A stretch of 63,926 bases of DNA, the filler included, from an uncultured Methanosarcinales archaeon (GTDB taxonomy: Archaea; Nanobdellota; Nanobdellia; Woesearchaeales; CAZKBD01): the NCBI GenBank assembly GCA_964550945.1. It is 3 parts of 3 records of this genome, joined end to end, with 100 filler letters (N's around TTAATTAATTAA, not from the genome) between each part and the next. Parts side by side here need not be neighbours in the genome. Positions count along the whole stretch, not along the records: positions 1 to 25,795 come from CAZKBD010000018.1; 2 more parts are not named here. One strand, given 5' to 3'. The position numbers and the translations under genes were made by a program. The notes beneath the pieces were generated by a model that did not search any database, was not told the DNA's origin, and saw nothing but the letters and a program-made list of their open reading frames with translations. The first letter of the stretch is position 1; every line of letters starts with the position of its first letter. Shown in pieces: positions 1-10,037 of this stretch.

Positions 1-569
1 GCTGAGAAGAAGAGTAGGTTATATAGGTAAAATGTCTTAATCCTTCTGTGTATGGTAACTCGAAACTTCTCATCGGCAAAGAAAGTCCGATATTCCTGCT
101 CAGAGCGAATGTATTTGCCCTCGTCTAACAACTTCATAGCTAAATTGTTAAGCTTGGATTTTGGAAATATAAAAGCTTCAAAGGCTATTATTTTACCATC
201 TGGTTTTAATAACCTATAGAATTCCTTTATACATCTCAGCACGGTTCTATCAGGCATATGGTGCAGAACTCCGCAGACAAAAATAATGTCAAATGAACTA
301 TCCTTAAAGGGCATTTTCTCATTCTCAATAACAGAAAAACAGTAATTTGGATATGCTTTTGTAGCATAGTTAATCCTTTCTTCATCTATATCAACGCCCA
401 GATAGTTTGAAGGACTAAAATAAGGAGAACAGCCACCAAGCCCGCAGCCAAAGTCAAGAACTTTTTTATCTTTGATGTTGAACTGAGAGAACATAGGATT
501 AAAGAAATATCGGTTTAGAACAATCTTGGAATTGACTAAATTTTGATAAAAGTAAAGTGGTAATTTCAT
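1..569 (-). CDS. Class I SAM-dependent methyltransferase (3' end runs off the window)
   Basis: Not in the ORF track; translated by hand from ATG at 569: MKLPLYFYQN...KKVLDFGCGLG (motif I)...GVDID...FDIIFVCGVLHH...LLKPDG; no stop before base 1. Confidence 0.85.
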   Translation of the reverse strand, partial: MKLPLYFYQNLVNSKIVLNRYFFNPMFSQFNIKDKKVLDFGCGLGGCSPYFSPSNYLGVDIDEERINYATKAYPNYCFSVIENEKMPFKDSSFDIIFVCGVLHHMPDRTVLRCIKEFYRLLKPDGKIIAFEAFIFPKSKLNNLAMKLLDEGKYIRSEQEYRTFFADEKFRVTIHRRIKTFYLYNLLFFS

Positions 570-871
570 TATAAATTCCCCAGCCTCAGTGATACCTTTG
601 CTTGTCTTTTTTCATATTGGTGTTGCACATGAAATGCCAACATAGTTTGGTTGGGAATTGAAAGGTTAGTTTATTCTTTAAAAATCTTTCTCCAAAAAAG
701 GGTATAGTGCAGTGACATATGCCCTGCAGAGCACAAGAAAGATGAAATCGGAGGTTTAACAAACGGGAAATCGAATTATTTCATCGAAGGGAAATAATAA
801 ACGGACAACGCAGAGAACTAAACATTCATAAAGTTTAAAAATAGCTCGGCATTATTATAAGTAAATTAAAA

Positions 872-1927
872 ATGGAAAATGAAGTATTAGCTCAGTTTAG
901 CGGATTGAAGATTTTTAAGCATTTAGATAGGCTAGAAAAATTAAAGAAAAATGAAAAATTCTACCCTATATCTGTAGATTTAAGCCCAACTAATATCTGT
1001 AATCATAGTTGTATATGGTGCTGTTATGGCAGTGCTTTAGAAGGCCATAAAGAAAGTTTGAGCAGAGATGAGATGCTAAGGATAGTAAACGAATTAGCTT
1101 CCTTGGGCATTAAAGGGATCAATTTCACAGGAGGCGGAGAGCCTTTGTTGAATAAACATACTGTCGAGGCAATGGAAAAAGCCAGCTCTCTTGGCATTGA
1201 CATTGGTTTAATAACAAATGGAGATTTGCTTAATGAAGATGCAATCAACAGACTAATCAAAATCTGTTTATACATAAGAGTTAGCCTGGATGCAGGTACT
1301 AAAAGTGTATATTCAAAGATACATAACGTCAAAGAGGACATTTTTGAAAAAATAATCGCAAATATAAGAAATTTAGTAAACGCTAAAAGAAAGTCAGGAA
1401 GCAGATGTTCTATCGGTGTCCAGTTTCTTGTTCACAAGGAAAACAAAGGCGAGATTTATTCTGTTGCAAAGAAGCTGAAAGATATTGGAATTGATTTCTT
1501 CCAGATAAGGCCTGCAGTACAGGCAGTTGGAGCAAAAAAAGAAAGCCGCATATTAAAAGAAGCCAATATTCCCGGCAAGGTTAAGGAATTAAGCGATGAT
1601 AAATTCAAAGTTATAGTGATAGAGCATAAATTTAAGGAGGAAACAGATCCTAGAAAAAAGGACTATGCTAAATGTTTATTCCACTATTTTTCAACTACTA
1701 TAGGGGCAGACGGAGAGGTCTACCTTTGCTGCCATTTTATTGGAAACAAAAAATACAGTTTTGGCAATATCAGGGACAAAAGCTTTAAGGATATCTGGGA
1801 TTCTGATAAAAGAAAAGAGATTATCAACAAGCTAAACTTTGCAGAATGCGAGGCAAGTTGCAAGGGGGACAGGATTAATAGGCTGTTGTATCAGATTGAA
1901 AAAATCCCCCATTCAAATATTTTGTAA
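872..1927 (+). CDS. Radical SAM/SPASM-type enzyme
   Basis: CNHSCIWC (CxxxCxxC), GGGEP, C-terminal C...GEVYLCC...C..C..C auxiliary cluster motif. Confidence 0.9.
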   Translation: MENEVLAQFSGLKIFKHLDRLEKLKKNEKFYPISVDLSPTNICNHSCIWCCYGSALEGHKESLSRDEMLRIVNELASLGIKGINFTGGGEPLLNKHTVEAMEKASSLGIDIGLITNGDLLNEDAINRLIKICLYIRVSLDAGTKSVYSKIHNVKEDIFEKIIANIRNLVNAKRKSGSRCSIGVQFLVHKENKGEIYSVAKKLKDIGIDFFQIRPAVQAVGAKKESRILKEANIPGKVKELSDDKFKVIVIEHKFKEETDPRKKDYAKCLFHYFSTTIGADGEVYLCCHFIGNKKYSFGNIRDKSFKDIWDSDKRKEIINKLNFAECEASCKGDRINRLLYQIEKIPHSNIL

Positions 1928-1928
1928 A

Positions 1929-2900
1929 ATGAAAGGCAAAAATGTTCTTATCACTGGCGGTTTAGGTTTTATTGGCAGTAATCTGGCAATCAAACTGGTT
2001 GAATCAGGAGCAGTTGTCACAATATTGGATAATTTAGGCCCGGAGATGGGAGGCAATAATTTTAATATCCAGCCAATTAACACCCAGGTTAAGGTTGTTA
2101 TAGGAGATATATTGGATCAAAAGCTGGTTTCTTCGCTTGTTAAGGGTAAAGACATTATTTTTCACTTGGCTGGCCAGGTTAGCCATGTCGCCAGCTTTGT
2201 AAACCCTTTTTTGGATATTGATTTGAACATCAAAGGAACAGCTATACTGCTCGAGGAATGCAAAAACTTCAATAAAAATGCCAAAATAATCTATGCAGGA
2301 ACTCGCGGCCATTATGGCAAATCAACTAAATTGCCGGTAGACGAAGAATCTCCAACAAGGCCATTAGGCATTTACGAGGTAACAAGCTTGTCAGCAGAGC
2401 AGATGGTTAAAGTGTACAATGACACTCATCATGTAAAAGGAGTCATGCTTCGCTTGTCTAACATTTATGGTCCTCGTGCACAGATGAAAAGCAACAAATA
2501 TTGCGTTATAAATTGGTTTGTAAGGCAAGCACTGAGCAATGAGGAGATTTCGCTTTTTGGGGATGGCAGGATGATTAGGGATCCATTGTATGTTGAAGAT
2601 TGTGTGGACGCTATGATAAAAGTTTCCTTGAACGATAGCTGTAATGGAGAAATATTCAATATTGGTCATAATAATCCAATAAGTTTTTTGGAGATAGTAA
2701 CCACAATCACAAAAACAGCTGGAGGCTCGTTTAAGTTTACGCCTTTTTCAGCAGAAAGGAAAGCCCAGGAGCCAGGCGATTATTACTCAGATGTCAGCAA
2801 GGTAAAAAAATTTACTGGTTGGGAGCCAAAAACCAGCTTCAAAGAAGGTATTAAAAAGACAGTTGAATATTATAAGGCATATAAACAACATTATTGGTGA
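1929..2900 (+). CDS. NAD-dependent NDP-sugar epimerase/dehydratase (extended SDR)
   Basis: GGLGFIG Rossmann motif, NIYGPR; likely start ATG 1929 (MKGKNVL); the YxxxK motif reads YEVTS, which is atypical. Confidence 0.85.
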   Translation: MKGKNVLITGGLGFIGSNLAIKLVESGAVVTILDNLGPEMGGNNFNIQPINTQVKVVIGDILDQKLVSSLVKGKDIIFHLAGQVSHVASFVNPFLDIDLNIKGTAILLEECKNFNKNAKIIYAGTRGHYGKSTKLPVDEESPTRPLGIYEVTSLSAEQMVKVYNDTHHVKGVMLRLSNIYGPRAQMKSNKYCVINWFVRQALSNEEISLFGDGRMIRDPLYVEDCVDAMIKVSLNDSCNGEIFNIGHNNPISFLEIVTTITKTAGGSFKFTPFSAERKAQEPGDYYSDVSKVKKFTGWEPKTSFKEGIKKTVEYYKAYKQHYW

Positions 2901-2903
2901 AAA

Positions 2904-3584
2904 ATGAAAAAAATAGGCAAAAACGTAAAAATTGACAAGACTGCTATTGTCTATGACAATGTTGAGATAGGCGATAACTGCCATATCGGCCCTTATTGTA
3001 TCATTGGCGAGAGATTGGCAGATTATTACTCTGCAAAAAATTACAGGAATCCTAAAACATTGATAGGGAAAAACGCTATAATAAGAAGTGGTACAGTGAT
3101 ATATGCTGGAAGCATTTTTGGGGATAATCTGCAGACAGGCAATAATGCTGTTATTCGCGAATATTCTGAATTTGGCAAAGATTGCTGCTTTGGAGTCCTA
3201 AGCCAGACTGATGGCTATGTAAAAATAGGCGATGATTGCAGATTCCACAATAATGTTTTTTTGAGCCAATACACTAAAATTGGCAATCATGTCAGGATTT
3301 ACCCTGGTGTTAAGACCTTAGAAAGCTTGCATCCTCCTTGTAAGCTCCACAATAAAGAAAGTGGGGTTATAATAGAAGATTGCGCTGTTATTGGAGCAAA
3401 TGTTACAATATTGCCAAGAGTGAAAATTGGCGAAAATTCTGTGGTAGGAGCCCATTCTTTTGTTGTGGAGAATGTTCCTGCCAATAAGGTGGTTATTGGT
3501 AATCCTGCCAAAATAAAATGCGATATTGCCCAAGTTAGGTGCAGAACAGGAAAAAATAATCAGCCATACCCCTGGAAAAAATGA
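2904..3584 (+). CDS. Hexapeptide-repeat (left-handed beta-helix) sugar N-acyltransferase
   Basis: Repeated IGxNxxI hexapeptides, C-terminal VIGNPAK; next to a DegT aminotransferase. Confidence 0.85.
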   Translation: MKKIGKNVKIDKTAIVYDNVEIGDNCHIGPYCIIGERLADYYSAKNYRNPKTLIGKNAIIRSGTVIYAGSIFGDNLQTGNNAVIREYSEFGKDCCFGVLSQTDGYVKIGDDCRFHNNVFLSQYTKIGNHVRIYPGVKTLESLHPPCKLHNKESGVIIEDCAVIGANVTILPRVKIGENSVVGAHSFVVENVPANKVVIGNPAKIKCDIAQVRCRTGKNNQPYPWKK

Positions 3585-4654
3585 TACCTTTTGTTGATCT
3601 TAAAAGGCAGTATTCTCAGATAAAAGGAGAGATTGATGAGGGAGTTAAAGAAGTTCTTGAATCAGGGAAGTATATTCTTGGAAAGAATGTAGACAGCTTT
3701 GAAGCAGAGTTTTCTGGATATTTAGGTAAAAGATATTCAGTAGGTGTTGGAAACGGCACAGAAGCGCTGCAAATGGCTTTAATGGCCTCTGGTGTTGGAA
3801 AGGGCGATGAGGTTATCACAGTAGCAAATACTGCTGTCCCGACTATTATTGCAATATTATCAGTTGGCGCTAAGCCTGTTTTTGCTGACATTGATGACCA
3901 TTTCAATATTGATTTTAGTAAAATACACGTTACCAAAAAAACAAAAGCAATCATACCTGTTCATCTGTTTGGACAGAGCTGCGATATCAAGCCCATAATA
4001 GAGATGTGTTCTTCAAAAGATTTAGTTTTAATAGAAGATTGCTGCCAGGCGCATGGAGCAGAGTATAAAGGAAGAAAAGTGCCTGTATCTTCAATAGGTT
4101 GTTTTAGCTTTTATCCTACTAAAAATCTTGGTTGCTATGGTGATGGCGGCTTAATCGCTTTGGATGATGAAGAACTTGCAGAAAAGATAAAATTGATTAG
4201 GAACTGCGGGCATAGCAATGACTATTTGCACCCAGTTAAAGGCATAAACAGCAGGCTGGATGAAGTTCAGGCAGCAATCTTAAGGGTTAAATTAAAATAT
4301 CTGGATGAGTGGAATGAAAGAAGAAGGAAGATTGCTAAGCTGTATGACAGAAATCTGGCCAAGGTTATCACACCAAAAGAATCTTCATTTGCAAAGCATG
4401 TTTATCATTTATATGCCGTTAGGTCAAAAAAGAGGGATGGATTAAGAGAGTTTTTGAAGAAAAATGATATCTTTACACAAGTGCATTATCCAATGCCCGT
4501 TTATTCGCAAGAGGGGTATAAAGAATTGGAACATGATAAACTGGCTAATACAGAGAGTATAATGAAAGAAATTTTATCTCTGCCCATGTTTCCTGAATTA
4601 ACAAAAGAAGAGGTTGATAAAGTTATAGGAAAGGTAAATGAATATGAAGGTTAG
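3581..4654 (+). CDS. DegT/DnrJ/EryC1/StrS PLP-dependent sugar aminotransferase
   Basis: MIPFVDLKRQY, EDCCQAHGA, SFYPTKNLG (PLP lysine), NSRLDEVQAA. Confidence 0.95.
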   Translation: MIPFVDLKRQYSQIKGEIDEGVKEVLESGKYILGKNVDSFEAEFSGYLGKRYSVGVGNGTEALQMALMASGVGKGDEVITVANTAVPTIIAILSVGAKPVFADIDDHFNIDFSKIHVTKKTKAIIPVHLFGQSCDIKPIIEMCSSKDLVLIEDCCQAHGAEYKGRKVPVSSIGCFSFYPTKNLGCYGDGGLIALDDEELAEKIKLIRNCGHSNDYLHPVKGINSRLDEVQAAILRVKLKYLDEWNERRRKIAKLYDRNLAKVITPKESSFAKHVYHLYAVRSKKRDGLREFLKKNDIFTQVHYPMPVYSQEGYKELEHDKLANTESIMKEILSLPMFPELTKEEVDKVIGKVNEYEG

Positions 4655-5585
4655 TGTTATCATTCTCAATTATAATGGAGAGAAATTTATCAATAATTGT
4701 ATAAGATCATTGCTTAACCAGACTTATTCAGATTTTGAGATTATTGTAGTAGATAATGTATCGCAAGATGGATCATTAAAGCTAGTTAATAATAATTTTA
4801 AAAAAGAAATAATTAATAGTAAAATAAAAATAATAAAAAATGATAAAAATTATGGGATTCCTGGGCTTAATTTTGGAATTAAAAAAGCAAAAGGAGCTTA
4901 TATAATTACGGTTGGCAATGATACAAAATTTGATAAAAATTTTGTATCAGAGCTTGTTAAAGCAGCAGATTCTGACCAAAAAGTTGGGATGGTCAGCCCT
5001 AAAATCCTGTACTTTGATAGTAAGATTGATTCTTATGGCCTTAGAGTCTTAAGATCAGGAATGACTAAAGATATAAAAGATGTTTCTGAGCTTGGTTTTT
5101 TATTTTGCCCTTCAGGTTGCGCTCAATTGCACAGGAGAGAGATGCTAGAAGACATCAAGCTGGGAGAAGATGAGTATTTTGACTGGGATTTTTTCGCTTA
5201 TGCTGATGATTATGATCTTGGATTCAGGGCAAGGTTGAGAGGATGGAAATGCCTCTGCGCAATCAAATCCGTTTGTTACCATATGCACGGGGCTTCTGCA
5301 GGCGTTATGTCAGATTTTGCCGTTTATCACGGAGATCGTAACCGTATCTGGACAGTATTCAAAGATTGGCCTTTTGGTCTGATTATAAGGAATATAATTT
5401 GGATTGCATTACTGCAGTTAGCGACTGTTATTAAGTACGCATTTAGAGGAAAGTTTTTATTGATAATTAAATCAAAGATAGATGCAATCAGAGGCTGCTC
5501 TGGGATGTGCAGGAAGAGGAAGGCTATCCAGAAAAACAGAAAGATTCCCCATAGAGAACTAAACAAACTAATCACTTTTTCTTAG
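4638..5585 (+). CDS. Glycosyltransferase family 2
   Basis: VIILNYNG, IIVVDN.S.DGS, FFAYADDYDLGFR. Confidence 0.9.
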   Translation: MNMKVSVIILNYNGEKFINNCIRSLLNQTYSDFEIIVVDNVSQDGSLKLVNNNFKKEIINSKIKIIKNDKNYGIPGLNFGIKKAKGAYIITVGNDTKFDKNFVSELVKAADSDQKVGMVSPKILYFDSKIDSYGLRVLRSGMTKDIKDVSELGFLFCPSGCAQLHRREMLEDIKLGEDEYFDWDFFAYADDYDLGFRARLRGWKCLCAIKSVCYHMHGASAGVMSDFAVYHGDRNRIWTVFKDWPFGLIIRNIIWIALLQLATVIKYAFRGKFLLIIKSKIDAIRGCSGMCRKRKAIQKNRKIPHRELNKLITFS

Positions 5586-6291
5586 CAAAATAAGAACTAG
5601 CCTCAAACAACCCTTCAAAAGTGCCTGCATCTATCCAGAATCCGTCTAGTGTAGAAAACTCCAAATCATCATTATTTAAGTAGTGATTGATGACATCCAC
5701 AATCTCTAATTCGCCTCTTTTAGATGGCTTTAGTGTCGAGATAATATCAAACGCTTTTTTATCAAACATATAACAGCCAATGACTATCAAATCTGATTTC
5801 GGTTTAATTGGCTTCTCTTCTATCGAAACGATTTTATTGTTTTTAAGCTCAACAACACCATACCTTTGGGGATCATGGACATTTTTTAGCATAACTTTTG
5901 CTCCTTTTTTGCTTACCCTAAACTCGTCAATAGCAGATCTTACCTTTCCATTATCTTCAACAATGTTATCCCCTAACATCACTATGCATTTGCCATTATC
6001 GACAAATTCCTTTGCTAAAGATAAAGCAACAGGGATGCCTCCAGAGCCATCCTGGCAACGATAAGTTAATCTAACGCCAAAATCATGGCCAGAGCCAAGA
6101 AGTCTCACAAAATCGCCTGTATTCCCTCCACCAGTCACAATCATTATATCCTTTATTCCAGCATCTATCAATGTTTGCAGAGGATAGTATATCATCGGTT
6201 TATTGTAGACAGGCAGTAAATGTTTATTTGTTACTTTAGTTAAAGGTAAAAGCCTGCTTCCGGTTCCGCCAGCAAGAATCACCCCTTTCAT
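5572..6291 (-). CDS. rmlA: Glucose-1-phosphate thymidylyltransferase
   Basis: GVILAGGTGSRLLPLT...NKHLLPVYNKPMIYYPL, EEKP, PSKRGELEI, WIDAGT; start at 6291 overlaps the rmlB stop (ATGA). Confidence 0.9.
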   Translation of the reverse strand: MKGVILAGGTGSRLLPLTKVTNKHLLPVYNKPMIYYPLQTLIDAGIKDIMIVTGGGNTGDFVRLLGSGHDFGVRLTYRCQDGSGGIPVALSLAKEFVDNGKCIVMLGDNIVEDNGKVRSAIDEFRVSKKGAKVMLKNVHDPQRYGVVELKNNKIVSIEEKPIKPKSDLIVIGCYMFDKKAFDIISTLKPSKRGELEIVDVINHYLNNDDLEFSTLDGFWIDAGTFEGLFEASSYFAKKK

Positions 6292-7238
6292 TTCAGCTTT
6301 TTCCACCATTTTCCATTATCTTTATACCAATTTATAGTTTCGTTTATTGCTTTCTCAAACTTGAACCTTGGTTTCCATCCAAGCTTATTGATCTTTTCGC
6401 AGTTTAATGAGTATCTAAAGTCGTGGCCTAGCCTGTCTTTGACATAATCAATATCCCCCTCATCTTTTCCAAGCTCTTTTAAGATTATTTTTGTAATTTC
6501 AATATTTGTTTTCTCATTACCGCCGCCAATATTGTAGGCCTCTCCAATCTTGCCATTATGCATAACAAAGTCAATTGCTTCGCAATTGTCAATCACATAA
6601 ATCCAATCGCGAACATTAATCCCTTTGCCATAGACAGGAACTTTCTTGCCTTCAAGAAGATTGGTAACAAACAATGGAATCAGCTTTTCAGGATATTGAT
6701 AAGGCCCGAAATTATTAGAGCTTCTTGTAATGATTGCAGGGATATTGTGTGTTTTGATGTAAGACCCGACAAGTAAATCAGCACTAGCCTTGCTGGCTGA
6801 ATAAGGTGAGTTTGGCTTTAGATTATCAGTTTCCTTAAAAGCGCCTCTTTCTATTGAGCCATAAACTTCATCTGTGGATATCTGAACAAATTTTTTTAAT
6901 TTAAGCTTTTTAACGGCTTCTAACAAGTTGTATGTTCCTAGAATGTCTGTTTTTACAAATTCATCTGCATTTTCTATTGACCTGTCAACATGGCTTTCTG
7001 CTGCAAAATTGACTATCACATCTGTTTCTTGAGCCAATTCAAAAACAATATTCTTATCGCAGATATCTCCTTTGACGAAGCGATAGTTCTTGTTATTTTC
7101 TATGTCTTTTAAATTTTCTAAATTGCCGCAATATGTAAGCTTGTCTAGGTTGGTAACCCCATAGTTATATTTATTAAGGATATGCCTAATAAAATTAGAG
7201 CCAATAAATCCAGCGCCCCCAGTTATTAATAAGTTCAT
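6288..7238 (-). CDS. rmlB: dTDP-glucose 4,6-dehydratase
   Basis: TGGAGFIGSNF, FAAESHVDRSI, STDEVYG, YSASK, DRLGHDFRY. Confidence 0.95.
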   Translation of the reverse strand: MNLLITGGAGFIGSNFIRHILNKYNYGVTNLDKLTYCGNLENLKDIENNKNYRFVKGDICDKNIVFELAQETDVIVNFAAESHVDRSIENADEFVKTDILGTYNLLEAVKKLKLKKFVQISTDEVYGSIERGAFKETDNLKPNSPYSASKASADLLVGSYIKTHNIPAIITRSSNNFGPYQYPEKLIPLFVTNLLEGKKVPVYGKGINVRDWIYVIDNCEAIDFVMHNGKIGEAYNIGGGNEKTNIEITKIILKELGKDEGDIDYVKDRLGHDFRYSLNCEKINKLGWKPRFKFEKAINETINWYKDNGKWWKKLK

Positions 7239-7252
7239 CTTCGATATCCTTT

Positions 7253-8275
7253 TTATGAGCCTTTTAAAACTTTGTGAATTACAGATTCGACCTCTTCAAC
7301 ATCAATAGACTCCATGCATTTGGCTGTTTCGCATTTTTTGTAATTCCCATAAATGTCATAACAAGGAGCGCAATTTAAATGGCTTTTAATAACAACGCTA
7401 TCCTTAGGAGCAAATCTTGCTGCGCTTGTTGGTCCAAATAAGGCTATGACCGGAGTTTTAACAGCCGCAGCAAGGTGCATAAGGCCTGAGTCGTGCGTTA
7501 TAAACAAACGGCATTTTTTTATCAATGCGGCTGTTCTTGGTATTGACAGCTTACCCGCAAAATTGATCACTTTGGCATCTTTTTCTATCTCTTTAGCTGT
7601 AGTTGCATCATCTTTTCCACCAAACAATATTACTTGGTATCTCAATTTTTTATTTAATTTTTTAATTAGTGCAACATAATTCTCTATTGGCCATCTTTTT
7701 AATGCAAAGGATTGGCCAGGATTCTGCGCCCCCCCAGGAGCAATTCCTATGGCAAAGTTGATGTTCTTGAAAACATCTGCAGCAAATTTTTCATCTTCTT
7801 TTGGTATGCTAATTTTCATATCCTTGTCTGGTTCGATGTCCAGCAATCTAACCACATCAAGATAGTAATCTAATTCATATTTTGAGCCATTAAAATCAAC
7901 ATTCTTAGTATTTAGAAAACCCTCCCATTTTCGGTTGAATCCAATCCTAACCTTGGATCTGGTCAAGAAAGCGAAAAGGTTCCAGAGATAGGATTTATCT
8001 AATATCAGACAGAGATCAAATCTCTCTTTTCTTAATCTCTTTATCAACTCTATGACCTTAAAGAGTTTTCTCTCAAAGATTATTGAATCGTCAAAGACTA
8101 TGAGCTTGTAGATGTCCTTATTTCCTTGCAGTGCACTCTTTGACCAGTCTCCAACCAGATAATAAATCTTTGATTGGGGGTATTTCTTCCTTACAGAACT
8201 AATCAAAGGAGTGGTCATCAACACATCTCCAAGCATACCTGCCCTGATAACCAATATCTTTTTTGGCTCTTTCAT
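7253..8275 (-). CDS. Glycosyltransferase family 9 (heptosyltransferase-like)
   Basis: GMLGDVLMTTP, KRWP, DSGLMHLAAA, ALFGPT, C.PC motif. Confidence 0.9.
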   Translation of the reverse strand: MKEPKKILVIRAGMLGDVLMTTPLISSVRKKYPQSKIYYLVGDWSKSALQGNKDIYKLIVFDDSIIFERKLFKVIELIKRLRKERFDLCLILDKSYLWNLFAFLTRSKVRIGFNRKWEGFLNTKNVDFNGSKYELDYYLDVVRLLDIEPDKDMKISIPKEDEKFAADVFKNINFAIGIAPGGAQNPGQSFALKRWPIENYVALIKKLNKKLRYQVILFGGKDDATTAKEIEKDAKVINFAGKLSIPRTAALIKKCRLFITHDSGLMHLAAAVKTPVIALFGPTSAARFAPKDSVVIKSHLNCAPCYDIYGNYKKCETAKCMESIDVEEVESVIHKVLKGS

Positions 8276-8988
8276 AGTCTATTAAACATATTGGCTAATC
8301 TTAACTTCATTATAACCCAGTAGCCAACTGCCAGCTCTTTCATTGTAAGCTTTGATATCCCCTCTGTCCTGTTTTCAAAAGTTATCGGTATTTCCTTTAT
8401 CGTGAAGCCTTTAAGATGGATCTTATAAAGGACTTCCTGCACTATTGCAGGGCCCCTTGAGAATAATCTATCCACATTTATGGCCTCTAAAACTTTTCTG
8501 TTGAATCCCCTGTATCCGGAATTACAGTCTTTTGCTTTTATACCCAGCATAATCCTTATGTAACCATTAGCCAGCCTTGTTAAGGTCCTTCGCCCTAAAC
8601 TTCTTCCAATATCTTTACCTCCTTTTATCAATCTTGAGCCAATAACTATATCATGCTCCTTTAGGTTTTTGATTATCTCAGGAACATATTTTGGGTCATG
8701 GCTAAAATCACCATCCATCTCAATGATATAATCAGCATTATGCTCCAGGCAGAATTTATAGCCCGCTTTTCCTGCAAAGCCCCTGCCTCTATCTTCTTTT
8801 CTGAGAAGCAGATGGACATTTTTATGTTTTTTTGACAATTCTTTTACAATATTTGCAGTCCCGTCAGGACTATTGTCATCAACAACAAGAATGTCAATTA
8901 GATATCTAAGCAGCTCCTGGATTAGTCTTGCAATATTCTCTTTTTCGTTATATGTAGGAATGAATACAATTGTTTTAGGCATTCTCAA
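8272..8988 (-). CDS. Polyprenol-phosphate hexose synthase (DPM1-like GT2)
   Basis: IPTYNEKENI, VVDDNSPDGT, MDGDFSHDP, IGSR. Confidence 0.9.
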   Translation of the reverse strand: MRMPKTIVFIPTYNEKENIARLIQELLRYLIDILVVDDNSPDGTANIVKELSKKHKNVHLLLRKEDRGRGFAGKAGYKFCLEHNADYIIEMDGDFSHDPKYVPEIIKNLKEHDIVIGSRLIKGGKDIGRSLGRRTLTRLANGYIRIMLGIKAKDCNSGYRGFNRKVLEAINVDRLFSRGPAIVQEVLYKIHLKGFTIKEIPITFENRTEGISKLTMKELAVGYWVIMKLRLANMFNRL

Positions 8989-9976
8989 CTATCTCCTTTG
9001 TTGCTTTGAATACTCCATCTACATTGATAAGATCCATGCAATCATTTGAAATATCACATCTCTTTTTATAACAACAATAACATTCAATCGGAGCAATTAA
9101 TTTTTTGCCTCTGCCATAGATATCTATCTCTGCAGCAGAAGTTGGCCCGAATAAAGCAATAACCTGTTTTTTCAAAGCAATAGCAATATGCATTGCCAGG
9201 CTGTCAGAGGTTATTAATATCTTGCACAGATTAATAAGAGCTGCAAATTCCATCAGGCTGTTATCACAGCCAGCATCAATAACCTTAGTTTTTATTTTTT
9301 CCTTTATTTCCTTGTTCCTTTCAACCTCTTCTGGGCCACCAAACAAAATCACTTTAGCATTAAGTTCCTTAGCAATTTTGTCTATTAGCCGGACCGTATA
9401 CTCTATCGGCCATCTCTTTTTCTCCCATCTTTTTCCTGCGCCGGTGTTTATGCCAATAACCTGGCTATCATCTCCCATATTATTCTTTTTTCTGAATCCC
9501 TCTGCAAACCCCCTATCAGATTCAGAAAGGTTCAATATTGGCTCGCTAAATGGCACGCCCAACATCTTTGAAATTATTTCCTGATAAGATTTTTTGTTTA
9601 GGGCTTTTAACTCATCCGCTTTTTTCTTTCCTAATTTTGATGCTAGGCCCATATCAAACCATTCTGAGCTGTTTTCTGTGTAGGTTATTCTATCATTCTC
9701 CAGGTAAGCCCCAATTATCTTTGTTTTTAATTCAGAAGCGATTTTACAAGCATCAATATCATCATCCAGATTGATCACTAAACCATATTTTGTGCCTTTT
9801 AAGTTATTTAACAAAAAAAGGTTATTAATCAATTTATTATTCTTTAAAATATCAAATGACTCCTTTTTTGTTGCCCAGTCAATTTCTGCTTTGTATTTCT
9901 CTTTTATGCCTTTTAAAAAAGAGGTTGTCCTAAGAACATCGCCTATTGCTCCCAGCTTTATTATCAGTATTTTCAT
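8975..9976 (-). CDS. Glycosyltransferase family 9 (heptosyltransferase-like)
   Basis: KLGAIGDVLRT, KRWP, DSLAMHIA, ALFGPT. Confidence 0.9.
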   Translation of the reverse strand: MKILIIKLGAIGDVLRTTSFLKGIKEKYKAEIDWATKKESFDILKNNKLINNLFLLNNLKGTKYGLVINLDDDIDACKIASELKTKIIGAYLENDRITYTENSSEWFDMGLASKLGKKKADELKALNKKSYQEIISKMLGVPFSEPILNLSESDRGFAEGFRKKNNMGDDSQVIGINTGAGKRWEKKRWPIEYTVRLIDKIAKELNAKVILFGGPEEVERNKEIKEKIKTKVIDAGCDNSLMEFAALINLCKILITSDSLAMHIAIALKKQVIALFGPTSAAEIDIYGRGKKLIAPIECYCCYKKRCDISNDCMDLINVDGVFKATKEIVENA

Positions 9977-10037
9977 TACTGATTTAGAATATATGTATCA
10001 TTATAAAGTTTTCTGAATTATACAGAAATGTTTTTAA

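Noticed and set aside
741..785. 8-bp inverted repeat GATGAAAT...ATTTCATC in the 570-871 intergenic region
   Set aside because: Short, long spacer, single occurrence; compatible with chance
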